A stretch of DNA of 64,000 nucleotides, from the NCBI GenBank assembly GCA_002189035.1, contig NEEC01000002.1, positions 3,844,001 through 3,908,000 on the forward strand, written 5' to 3'. Source of the stretch: Utricularia gibba. Lineage: Eukaryota > Plantae > Magnoliophyta. Shown here in pieces: positions 35,538 to 47,877 of this stretch. The notes under the pieces are model-generated. The model saw only the letters and a list, made by a program, of their open reading frames with translations. It was not told where the DNA came from and did no database searches. Position 1 is the first letter of the stretch. Every line of letters starts with the position of its first letter. A program made the translations under genes and the position numbers.

Positions 35538-35766
35538 AGGGAGCCTCTAATATTAGTTCTTTTGAACACTTATATTGTAGTTGCAATATTTTTGTTGATG
35601 ACTTTTTTTTTTTAGTAGAGAATTATGTTGTTAGTGTTAAATTCATTGAATTCCCATATGCATTGTGTGAAATATGCTCTAGTGAATAGTGATTCTTTAA
35701 ATTCATTTTGGAGGCACGTATAATGATTTCTTAGGGTGCCTCTAATGCCTCGGCAGCGTGAGCCTC

Positions 35767-35983
35767 AGAATTAGGGTTGTCATTCTAGGTCGTCCAGGCA
35801 CTCTGATCCATAATTGAGGGTGCATGGGATCTTCTATGGACTCTAGAGTTTGGAGTCCTGGATACCCTTAACGAACGCAGCGTGTACTTTAGAATTAGGA
35901 TTGTGGTTAGAGGTTGTCCAGGCACTTTGATCCGTTATTAAGGGCAACTGGGATCTTCTCTAGAGCCTAGACACCCTTAACGA
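35767..35983 (+). repeat. Two-copy tandem repeat, period ~124 bp
   Basis: AGAATTAGG...GTCCAGGCACT(C/T)TGATCC...GGGATCTTCT...ACCCTTAACGA at 35767-35874 and 35891-35983. Confidence 0.8.
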
Positions 35984-36117
35984 TTATTAAGAGATGTGAA
36001 ATATATGATGTTAATTTTGAAAATATAATGTATTTAATTCTTCTTATTTTTTGTTTTCAAAATATATGAAATAGATGATGTTTTTATTTCAAAATATATG
36101 AAATATATGAAATAGAA

Positions 36118-36585
36118 ACCCCGAACGCAGATCTTGGAATACGGCCTCTATGATATCCACTTACGGAGCACTCCGTCGATAACTCTTAATTAATCAACTC
36201 CATCATTATCGATCATGAGTGATGTCTAGCAACATATCATGATCCCCAAGATTAAAGAATAATCAGGTGAACGGATTGAGCCTTTCCATGACCAGCCACT
36301 ATGCAATGAACACCTTTCATCATACTTATATCTCATTCGGTACCAGAACATGGGTGTGTGTCTTTCTGATGTATCGAACTTATAATTGCATTCAAGCACT
36401 AACACTCAATGACCTACTCAAACAATTCGAGTGTCATTACCCTGGGCCCAAGACTTACTGTTAGGCTTTGATACAATTACTTGATATATGATCTCATTGC
36501 TAACCTGAGTGATGAATCCTTTATTGATCAATCAACTATCTCCAACCTTAAAGAGTCACATATATAAGGTTTATCTTATAGATCT
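36118..36585 (-). repeat. Angela-like copia LTR fragment (internally deleted)
   Basis: 36118-36183 matches 48517-48655 with a deletion. The reverse complement of ~36500-36560 matches ~55695-55770. Confidence 0.7.
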
Positions 36586-36589
36586 GTAT

Positions 36590-38478
36590 GCCCTATATAA
36601 AAGCCACATCTCTAAGATCTTTCAATGAAAAGCTCTTGGATAACCAGATTTTTACTGATTGCATTGTTGCAACACCATTTCCCATTACTAATATGTCATC
36701 CACATGTAGTATGAGAAATATGATTGCCAAGCCATCTACCTTCTTGTATACACAAGGTTCATCTTCATTTTGAGAGAAACCAAACTCTTTGATTGTCTCA
36801 TCAAATTTGATGTTCCAACTTCTTGAAGCTTGCTTTAGCCCATAGATGGATTTGTTCAGTTTACACACTTTACTAGGATCTTGTGTGAAACCTTCAGGTT
36901 GTGTCATGTACACTTCCTCAGCAAAATTTCCATTTAGGAAGGCTGTTTTCACATCCATCTGCCATATCTCCTAATCAAAATGAGCAGCAATGGCAAGTAA
37001 AATTCGAATGGACTTCAGCATAGCAACAGGCGAGAAGGTTTCGTCATAATCAACACCTTGTTTTTGATGATACCCTTTTGCCACAAGTCGTGCCTTATAG
37101 GTAGATATATTTTCATCCATGTCAATTTTCCTTTTGAATAGCCATTTGCATCCAATAGGATTTACTCCCTCTGGAGCATTGGCCAATGTCCATACATTGT
37201 TCTCATGGCAACAAGCCATTTACTTGACTCAGCACTATTGATTGCTTCGTCATAAGTCCGAGGTTCCTCATCTAATATGAGGTCTCCCATGCCTTCAACA
37301 TCAACAATGAAACCATATCTCACAATAGGGTTACGTTGTCGGACTAATCTTCTGACATAAAACATGCTTGGTACATTTGGCAAGTCAGATTGCTTAGGTT
37401 GATTGCTCACTGGTACATTACCAGCTTCTGGGACACAATTTCGAGATGGTGAGCCTAGTTTACCTTTTGAGTCAGCCACTGGCATCTCTATAGGTGTCAC
37501 TGGCTCGTTCTGAAACATCTCCTCATGTTCAAAACGACTCCCACTTGCTTCTTTGAGGAGAAACTCTTTCTCTAAAAAGACAGCATTCCTCGGGATGAAA
37601 ACCTTTCCCTCTTGAGAATTATAGAAGTAGTATCCCATGGTTTCTTGTAGATATCTCAGAAAGAAACACTTGTCAGATTTGTTCTCCAACTTATCTTACT
37701 TCAACCTTCTTACATAAGCGGGCAACCCCAAGCTTTGAGATAGGAGAAACTCGGTTTTCTGCCAGTCCAAATCTCATAAGGAGTGGTTTCAACCGATTTC
37801 GATGAAGCTCTGTTCAAAACATGAGCCGTTGCCTCTAAAGCATATCCCAACATGGACTTTGATAGTTCTGCAAAACTCATCAGGAACACCATTGTGCTCA
37901 GGTGTATCAGAAGGAGTTCTTTCTGAGACAATACCATTTTCCTTCAGATGATTCTTGAATTCATTACTCAAGTATTCCCCACCACGATCTGATCGAAGTT
38001 TCTAGATGGAACGCTCAAGCTGGTTCTCGAACTCCATCCGAAACTCTTTGAACTTTTCAAAGGCTTCAGATTTTCGTTTCATCTGGTAGATGCATCCATA
38101 TCTTGAATGGCCATCTATAAAAGTGATGAAATACGAGAAACCCCCTCAAGCAGTGATGCTCATTGGACCACATACATCAGAATGTATTAAATCCAATAAA
38201 TTTTCAACTCTTGCTCCTTTTCCTAGAAAAGGTTGCTTTGTCATTTTGCCCAATAAACAAGATTCGCATGTTTCATAAGATTCAAAATCTTCTGAGTCCA
38301 AATATCCCAATCGATATAAGTACTCAACACGCTTCTTGTTTATATGGCCTAAACGACAATGCCAGAGGTAAGAATTCAAGACATTGTCAATCCTTGGCCT
38401 TTTTATGCACGTGTTAATCTGTTCCGAATCATGCTGATCCAAAACATATATTCCGTTTACTATCGTAGCAGTACCATA
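36590..38478 (-). pseudogene. Angela-like copia pol fragment (GAG-pre-INT, integrase, RT)
   Basis: YLWHCRLGHINKKR, LIHSDVCGPM, SKSVETTPYEIWTG, KSDKCFF, MDVKTAFLNG, SIYGLKQASRSWN and LHVDDIL. Confidence 0.9.
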
Positions 38479-38851
38479 AGATAAGATCTTTACGGAGATA
38501 TGATTTGATATGTTACCATATATCTATCAAAAGATTTAGATCTATAGATCTTCTATCTTCTTGGTGCTCTCTGAAAAGGATCCAAAAGGGGGCAATTTTC
38601 TCTACTAGCATTTGAGGAATTCGACCAGCATTCTACAGCCTTGAGAAGGTTATCGACGGAGTGCTTCACGTGTGGATACCATAAAGGTCGTCTGCTATTG
38701 GGGGTTGGTGAACAACGGAGTTCTCTGAAAAGTATTTTCAGCATCCCTTTGTCTGATGTATAATGTATTCCAAGATCTTCGTTGGGGGTTTCTCGAAAAA
38801 TTTTAAATTACGCTGCTTTTCTGACATTCGATGTCTATGAAAAACCGAACA
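38472..38851 (+). repeat. 3' part of an Angela-like LTR inserted into Tork RT, opposite in orientation to the adjacent Angela pol
   Basis: Reverse-complement homologue of 48456-48830. Ends …GAAAAACCGAACA at 38851. Confidence 0.8.
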
Positions 38852-41800
38852 TTTAGATCAAGAATAAGCATTGGATTCTTACTTGTTAGGAGCATATCAT
38901 CTACATAAAGTACCAATATGATGAAGTCTTCATCATATTTCTTAAAATAAATGCAGGGATCAGACTTAGTACGAGCATAACCAATGTTGATTATCAAATT
39001 GTCAAATCTCTGATTCAATTCTTTGGGAGCCTTCTTCAGTCCATATAAACTTTTCTTGAGTTTACACACTGGACGCTCTACTCCTTGCTTAATAAAGCCA
39101 GGAATCTACTTCATGAAAATTTCTTCCTTCAATTGAAAAAAAGCTGTTTTTACATCCATTTTTTTGTGGCTCTTGATCGAAGTGAGCTACAAAAGCCAAT
39201 ATGATTCTGATGGCAGATACTTTTGCCACTAGGGAAAAGATCTCCTTGTAATCAATAGCGTCCTTCTGATTAAAGCCCTTTAGAACAATTCTGGCTTTAT
39301 ATGTAATTGTGAAATCAGAATTCCTCTTCAACTTGAAAATCCACTTATTTTCAAGCTTTCTTTCCCTCAGGCAATTGAGTGAGAACATAAATAAGTCCCA
39401 TTCTCCCATATCAAATGCATCTCTTCTTGCATTGTAGCAAGCCAATTGTCTTTCTCTTAGGATTGTAATACCTCAGCTAATGAAGTGGGTTCTCCATCCT
39501 CTCTAATCAAGATAAACTCATCAGGGGGATATCGAGTATTTGATTTGGGTCCTCTCGTCGACCTTCTGAGGGGTACAACATCAGGCATGTACACTTTGTT
39601 TCATGAGAGTTAGATGGAGTTTCCGACTCTAAAGCTTCTCCTGCTTCTGGAAATTCAGGTTTAGGGACAACGGAGCTCGAGTTACCTTCACTTCCTAGTG
39701 GGTCTAGATTCAAACTCACATGCTCAGTGGACTTCGCATCATTTTGATCAAAGAACTTTTGATCTTTTAAGAATTTTACATCTCTAGACCTGATGATTTT
39801 GTTCCTTTTGGAATCCCACAATTTGTATCCAAATTCTGGATCTCCATAACCCAAAAACACATAGGGTTTGGAATGGTCATCTAACTTCTTCCTCTGTAGA
39901 AGGTATGAACACCATAGCTTTGCACCCAAATACTTGTAGATGCTTCAAGCTAAGTGGTCTACCTTTCCATTTTTCTTCTGGCACACCATACTCCAAAGCT
40001 TTCTTAGGACTCCTATTAGATAAGTAACATGCAGTCTTTAATGCCTCACCTCAGAACTTTCCAAGCAAGGCTGCTCCCTTTAACATGCACCTTACCTTAT
40101 CAAACAAGTTTCGGTTTAGCCTCTCAGCAATTTGATTATGCTGAGGTGTCCCAGGTTCGGTAGCAACCTTCTTAATACCAAGCTCTTGACAATATCTCTT
40201 GAACTCTTCACTGCACTACTCTCCTCCATTGTTCGTCCAGAAGCATTTTAGCTTCAAACCGGCCTCTCTTTCCATCATCACATGAAACACTTTGAAGCAT
40301 TCAAAAGACTTATGATTTCCTCTTCACCAGATAAACCCCAAGTCTTTCGCGTCGCATCATCTACAAAGATCAAGTAGTGTCTCATCCCACTAGCTGTGGG
40401 AATATTTACAGGACCTCCAACATCTTAGTGCATGTTTGGTAGTAGGTATGAATTAATAGTGATTAGAATTACTAAGGTTTAAAATTAAGTTTAAAATTAT
40501 CTCAGGTTTAGATAAAAACAAGTTTGGTAATAGTGTTTATTTTAACCATTGTTTATAATATGGCTTGTTTAATAGATAACATCCAGTTTATTTTAAACAT
40601 ATCAAGTAGGTGGGTTTAGTTTAAACCCAAAAAGCCTAGAAAATTGGTGTTTATAAACTTGGGTTTAAATCGAACTCTTCTACCAAATATGCATAATACT
40701 AAACCTAACCTGATAAAATCAGCTTAAACACTCCTACCAAACGTGCCCTGAGAATACAATGTCCAACTTCTCTTTACTCTTATGCATATGTGACTTGAAT
40801 GCAATCTTGTGCTGCTTCTCATATATGTAGTGCTCACATGTACAGGGTGTATTAGATAAATCTATCAAGCTAGCTTTGGACAACTGCATGACTCTAGCTT
40901 CTGATAGATAACCCAATCTTTTATGCCAAAGAGTATAAGACTCACCTTTACAAGTGATGGTATGTATCTCCATGGAGTCTTGTTTCAACTCGGTCTTGTA
41001 CAACCTCTAATTCTTTGGCAACATTCATATAACCTTTTATAGACTTCCATACTTGTGATCCTAAACTTTGATGATACCCTGCTACATCTAATTCTCCTGC
41101 AGAGAGTAAGTTGATCTGTAAATATGGGATGCGACACACCCCTTGCAACTTTAGCTGGATTCCCATATTTGTAGTGACTATAAAATCACCAATACCAGCA
41201 ATTTCTGAAACTGATTGGTTTCCCATCTTTACAGTGCTAGCATGACACACTTTATAGTTCAACAGACCAATCTTGTGAGGAGTTGCATGAAAGCATGCCG
41301 CGGAATCCACAAACTAGGAATTAAAGAGACTTGTCTCTCCTGCTTCTGCAGCTAGCAATACAAGAAGATCATCATCAACATCACTCAAATATGCAGAGGT
41401 TTTGTTCTCTGGCTGCTCTTTGGTCTTCCACTGTTTTCCTTTCTCTTGTTGAGCTTGTTGATAGCCATGGCAATCTTTGCGTATGTGACCCTTCTTCCCA
41501 CAATAGAAACATGAGCGTAATTTATATTTTTTTTCTCATATTTCCCTTGTGGTTTGCCCCTTTGCTTGGACTTATCCCTACCTTTGTTATTGCTCTTCTC
41601 CTTAGATCTTCCTCTATTGTGTCCTTCATTGTATGCTAATATGGTTTTGGAGTCAGCATACTTCCCATCTCCTGCATTTCTCCTCCTGAGTTCCTCTTGC
41701 AATAGAGAAGTGGCTACAGTATCATATTTGAGACCTCCATTTGCATAATTGCTTAATGTGATCACAAGTGTCTCACAAGAATCAGGTAATGTATCCATGA

Positions 41801-42625
41801 GCTATATGGCCTGAATTTCTTCATCAAAGCTCATCTTTACAATGACCATCTGGTCCACTATGTCTTTGAACTTGCTCAGATGCTCAGACATGAAGTCCCC
41901 ATCTTTGTACTTCAATCTAGACATGCTCTTGTATAGGGTAAGCTTGTTCAGTGCATTATCAGGCCTGAACATCTCTTCCAATACTTTCCATAATTGTTGT
42001 GCTTCATCATACTCACTGACCCTATGTGATAAGTTGTTATCCATGCAGAGATTCATGATAACATTTGCCTTCAGATGTAGACGTCTCCATGCAACTTCAT
42101 CAATATTGGAAGGCCTATTTATACCAGCAATCACATGATCCCACAAATCCTTACACACTAATATGGATTTAATCTTAGACCTCCATAGTGAGTAGTTGGT
42201 AGTATTTAACTTTGGAACACCATGAACTTCATCCATAGCTCTAATACCATATGTTGGAAATATGGAAATTATAAAATATAAAACAAGAGCAAGATTTACC
42301 AGGTAAAATCTAGAAAACTAAGAAACCTCCTGGGTTTGGAAAATTCAAGCAATGAAATTCACTATGAGTTTTCAGCAGAAGTACAACACTCCAAGTATTA
42401 AACAGATTAAAGATCTACAACATGAAGCTACTAGTAGAAATTCTATGTAGCAGCAGATTCTCTCCTTCATGCTCTCAGTCAGAATTTCACCAACTCTTCT
42501 CCACTCACCACACATTGTGAAGGATATTGGAGATGGCCTTTTATAGCCACACAACCCTTGCATCTTGTCAACCGTACTCATTAATGTAGAGTTATCTTGC
42601 TGACCCGAAACTTTCAGCTTTTCAC
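38852..42625 (-). mobile_element. Tork/Tnt1-like copia element, 3' end lost
   Basis: 5' LTR from 42252 (right boundary approximate) and Met PBS TGGTATTAGAGC at 42238-42249. gag NYSLWRSKIKSIL; protease DSAACFHATP; INT; RT SLYGLKKAPK and LYVDDML. Confidence 0.88.
40428..40748. mobile_element. PIF/Harbinger (Tourist-like) MITE, 321 bp
   Basis: TIRs GTGCATGTTTGGTAG / CTACCAAACGTGCCC, flanked by TTA and TGA (3-bp TSD with one mismatch). Removing it restores the integrase VFS-DVGGP motif. Confidence 0.85.
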
Positions 42626-42647
42626 ATAAGCATCCCCATCATTATAC

Positions 42648-42842
42648 TGTTCAGCAGCAACTATTGTGGTTATCATGGAGTAGTTACATTTGGATAGAAT
42701 TAATGTAATAAACTGATATGGTTAAGGTTTAGAAACAATAGTGTCTTGCGTGTGGTAGTATAAGTACATCGTTGCTTTTGTAAGAAAGAGTGGCCCGTTT
42801 ATGAATGAAACCTGAACAATTTCTGTAATTTTGATATCTACA
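42648..42842 (+). repeat. Partial or solo LTR of the copia family at 22216
   Basis: TTTGGATAGAATTAATGTAATAAACTGATATGGTTAAGGTTTAGAAACA is shared with 22330-22378, with similarity across ~190 bp. No TSD. Confidence 0.8.
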
Positions 42843-42849
42843 GTTGTAA

Positions 42850-43790
42850 CCTTTATTTAAGATTCCTTCTCATAATACTATTCTTAGTGATATTCTAGAT
42901 TTTTATGATGAGAAGAAACATATTTTGATAAATAATTTGGAAACAAGTGAAAGTAAAATATGTATTATAATACACATGTGAATATCATACCATCAAACAA
43001 AATGATATATGACCATGACGATTCACTTTATTGATGATGATTGGAAGATACAAAAAAAAGGTTTTGAGTTATCATAACTTATATTTTTATCTATTGATTT
43101 GATATATATTTTTAGACTTTGTTACGTGCCCCACATGATAAAGAAATCATATGTGAGTATTGACTTAATTACTTGATGGAATGGAATGTTGATAGAACGT
43201 GTGCAATTACTCTTGATAATTGTTCAGTAAATATTGAAGTTGTAGAATTGATGTTTGATCAACTTGTTATTAGTTTATTGACATTGAATGGAAAATATGT
43301 ACACATGTGATGTGCTCCCCATATTTTAAATCTGATTGTGCAAGATAATTTGTCCATTATTAGTAAGAAAGTTGAAAAAATTCATCATAGTATAGCTTAT
43401 TGGACTACAACACTGTAATGAAGGGAGAAGTTTGAATATACATATTTTAATCTAAAAGTTTTGACATCAAAAGGATTATGTTTAGATGTCAAAACTTGAT
43501 GAAACTCAACATTACATATGCTTGAAAGTGCTATACCTTATAAGGAAGTTTTTTTATAGATTGGAGCAGCAAAAACCAAAATATAAGATTAATTTAATGG
43601 AAAGTGATTGGTTGAATGCATCTAATCTTTATGCAATGTTGCATATTTCTTATGAGACTACCAAATTATTTTTAGATATCTCATATTTCATTATCACTTT
43701 TTTCTTTGCAATTTGTGTATATCTTAATTGTTGCTTATTTGATAGGTACAAAATATCTTACAGCAAATTTGTATTTTCCTCAATTATGTG
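42850..43790 (+). mobile_element. hAT (Ac-like) transposase remnant
   Basis: SHNTILSDIL, MTIHFIDDDWKIQKK, AITLDNCSVN, HM*CAPHILNLIVQD and LDVKT-*NSTY-MLESA, with stops and frameshifts. Confidence 0.8.
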
Positions 43791-43799
43791 AAGCCAGGT

Positions 43800-46700
43800 T
43801 AGCCAATGAGTAGAAAATTCTATAGATATCTTAAGCCTAAAGGTTTTTCCCATAAAAAATAATTTATGTTCTGAACATATAAACCACATACGATTCACAA
43901 AGAAATTGATGTACTAGAAGTAAGTCCAAGTCGATTAAGAAAATTCACGGCTTTTAGTTGTTAGTCCTACACCTAAGTTGGATTAACCGGGGAGTTTCTA
44001 CTCTAATTAAATTAATAAAATTCATCTATTGGCCTCTAAAATAGAAAGCAAAAAAAAGAATATGTAAATTGGCATTTCAAGCAAAAAAATACTAGTTGTT
44101 GCACTTAATCCGAAATTAAAATATGCATCAATGGATTAATAATCATATTTTTGTTTCTGGGTTCTAAATATGCATGCAAAAGCAATAATGAAAACGATGA
44201 AGTAAATATGTTCAGTTAATGAGGACATTCAAGCAAGTTAAACATTCAAAAAGTAAATGTAAATAGCATGCAAGATCATGAAGTAAAACACATAAATAAA
44301 GTTTGCAGAAAAGATATAGGGTTTTGTTCAATGCTCCATTTCCAGCACTCTTGCTCTTCTTCTCAAAGTGGAAGTTCTCAGTCTTCCTTATCGTTTGTTC
44401 AAGTCTCAACGCCACTTTTGAACATTGGAGGTGAGTTCCAGTGTCATGCTAGAACTTTTCTTCTTTTATCTTTCTCCCTTAGAAAATCACAAAAACCTTC
44501 TTGAAGAAAATGTCTTTGAGGCAGGTGATATTTTTCCTCTCTCCACTCACTTCAATTGGCCTTACCCAACCCACACGCTGCACTCTCACTTGCGTGTTGT
44601 TTTCTTTTACTAGCATGACGTTGAGCTTTGAACTTGATTCCTGTCTCGATTTTGGGTTGAGAACGATTGGGAGGAATGTATTCCCTTTAGCATGTAGATA
44701 TAGGATTTTCAATGTATTTGACGAACGATTCAAGGACAAGCTCTTTTAGGACTACATTGGAGTTATCATTGAAGAGAGATGGGTGCATGAAGTCCCTTCA
44801 TTGCCTTGGAAGATGTTGAACTACACATTTTTATGTGATGTGTTGGAGCATCTTGCAAAAGCCTTGGCACATGTAATTTTGGATGGGTCCTTTGGATGCT
44901 CGAACTTAGATGTACAAGCTAATTTGATGCTAGAGGAGTTTCCTGAATTCACCCCCAATTAGGAGGTGTGCCTCATAGTCTTCTAGAACCGTTTTACCCC
45001 TCAACTTGAGAAGATAGAGCTTGGATAGGTCCTTTGGATCCTCTTATCGTTGCGCACACGTTATATCGCGATATCTTGAAGATGATGAACTTCTACCTCT
45101 CTACCTTGATATCAATACTATTTCTATCTCTTGCTTCTAGTTAAATCATCAAGTTTTTAATAGGTGGACTATGCCCACATTTGGCACAAAATAGCAATGA
45201 AGGGGAGGTATTTACGAAATATAAAATATCTCCCATAGATATTTTAGAATTAAGGATTTACATTATGGTTTAAAGGTCACTCTCCATCCATTAACAAAGT
45301 GTCTCGATTACACTCAATTCACTATCTCCTTTGAACTAATAGAGTTGAAGATATTGTTCTTCATCAAAATCCGTAAGGAGTGACAAGTTACTCATGGATC
45401 TTGACTATGAGGCATTACAAAAAGATTGTAACATAATGCATGCAAAAATGCAAAATCCAGAAGAAATTCAATGAAGAACCGAAATTTGTACTAAGACATT
45501 AAAGGAAACTTCATCAACTCTTAAAAACAAAGAAAGTTGAGTCACGTATGATCACGAAAAATAGAAATGAAAACAAAAAGTAAAAGTGTAATTCCTCCCT
45601 ATGGTGGAGAGGAAGAACCAAAGTTCAAGTGCAAGAAAAAAAGAGAAAGTTCGGAAGAAGAAAAAGTTCTTTCTAAAGTGTTCCAAGTTTGTTTTTAATT
45701 CACATCCCTAGGTGCATTTACATCCTCTATTCCGCTTTTTTCATTCATTTTGTCTTGCTTATGCAGCTAGGTTTTCCATTTATGCAAGTAATAGCCCTAT
45801 CATTTTAGTAGTTTTTGACATGTCATAAAGCATAGGCCATGAACACTATTAGTCTTCCACCCATCATGGATTTAAGTTGCATAAAAGCTATGAAATGGCA
45901 GTGTTTTGTATCCTGCAAGTTTCCATTCACTCTTCAACATTACGTCCTACAACTTTTGGATGAAAATATACAAAAAAAAAAATACAAATATAATAATAAC
46001 ATTTTTCTATTAAAAATATAATACTTATTAATATAACTTCTAATTGGTCAACTAAATTTTAAATTAACATCTAATAATACATAATAAACATATTGACAAT
46101 GGAACTTAACATTCTTACATCGACAACAGACTCGTCCTCGAGTCTTACACTTGACCCAAAACTAAATGACTCAATTTGAATAAATTCTCAATGCATTCGA
46201 GTATCCAATGTGACAGTGAAAGCAAGTTAATCAAAGTTAAAGTGCAAACGAGAGTAAGGTGAACACTCTTGCAAGGCTCAAGGTGAGGTGCGTAGGTCAT
46301 CTATTCTCAACTTAGGTTCTCCTATCACCTAATTCTAGACTTGACTCAGACCAATCACGCACCAAGCACTTGTTTATAGCCCAGGCTAATTTCGTTTTTT
46401 TTTTTGTTAATAACAAACCCAAGGGACCCTAAGACAAAGATTTAGTGCCTCTCCTTATCACTTCACGCCTTATGTTTCCTACCCTTATTCCTACAACACA
46501 CTAATTCCCCTCTTGGAGTTTCCCTTTTTCATTACTCTTTATACCACAGCTTTTTAGTTTGTGCCTGCCTTTTATTTTTGCTATTGACTGATGGCTGGAA
46601 AGTGATTCTAGTGACCTAAGAGAGAAAGATGGACTATGCACACTAGGGATCACACTCAAACTGACACTCAATTATTTTAGAAAGAAAACAAGATGTGAAG

Positions 46701-47870
46701 ATCAGAATGATCTAGATCTCACAATCGGCTTAAGGGTGACCACCGTCTTACTAGACAAACACTTCTTATGATTTGGCCAAACCTATGACAGATGCTTTTC
46801 TAATTGACTTTTCCATGTAAAAAAAGGTAAAATATGCTAAAAAGTTTGTAGAGAATAAAGCAAATAAAAATAAATTATTTGAAAGATACTTGACGAGTTA
46901 GTAAGTTCCTGGATTGGGTTTCATTACCTTCTTAGATCACTCCTGAATCAAAAAAAATACAAGTTCATCCCATTTAAAACAAAGTTTCCACACAATTGAA
47001 TTGCAACTAAAGTAATCAAATGTTTGAATTGAAGAGAGATCACCCAGTGCCTTCTAACCTCACTCTGCATTAGACCAACAATTAGAGCACCAATATTCAA
47101 ACACTTTTTAAATGCAAAGCACCAAATGATGAAAAGCTCATTTTTGAGTAGTGCATTATATGAACACTGACACATATACATGAATTATTCTCCAAATCGG
47201 ATCAACAAAGAAATGAACTTTTTTTCCCTTAATCTTGTACAAAATGTCTACTTGACCATTTAAGTGAAGAGCAGCTTGGTCTGGATTGATCTGAGTATAA
47301 TTTCATGGCCTTCTCTGTGAAGGAGTGTTTGCCAAGCACTCATACTTTATATCTCCAGGCCTCCTTCTACTCCTCTGGGTCAATCCATCACTTCTTACCC
47401 ATTCACTATTTATTGTGTCCGCACATGCTTTTCTATTATGTGCTACTTTTCAGGACTTGATTTCAACATTTTTTCGACACTGCTTTTCTCTTTTTTTTTT
47501 CTTTTTTTTTTCTTACTAAGTTGGCACCTTGTCCCAAAACAATGATGAAGTCCAGCAACTCAATTTAAGCTAATCTAGATCACACTCCCTAGCTTCCTCT
47601 ATTCATGCACATGCTCTCATGAAGTAGAAGGTAAAACATGCTCCCAGGTATATAAAAAGGCATAGAAAGCTCATACATCCAAATCCTTTCCTAGTTGCAA
47701 TGTTTAATCATTTGGCCATTCAAAGTAGTTCACCAACGGGAAACAAAATGTCCAAGCAAGTATTCTACTATTCCTAGGATGGACTAATAGACACATATAC
47801 GAACACATCCTAAGGAAAAATAAAATTAAAAATAAAAATAAAAATAAAATAACAATAAACGAAATAAGTT
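43800..47870 (-). mobile_element. Degenerate Ty3/gypsy-derived sequence (probable Athila 3' non-coding region plus a weak gag-like remnant at ~44420-45120)
   Basis: Contiguous with the end of Athila-2 ORF2, has composition typical of Athila 3' regions, and carries a weak NWGEFRKLL gag-like motif. No LTR or PPT was resolved. Confidence 0.35.
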
Positions 47871-47877
47871 CAGAAGG

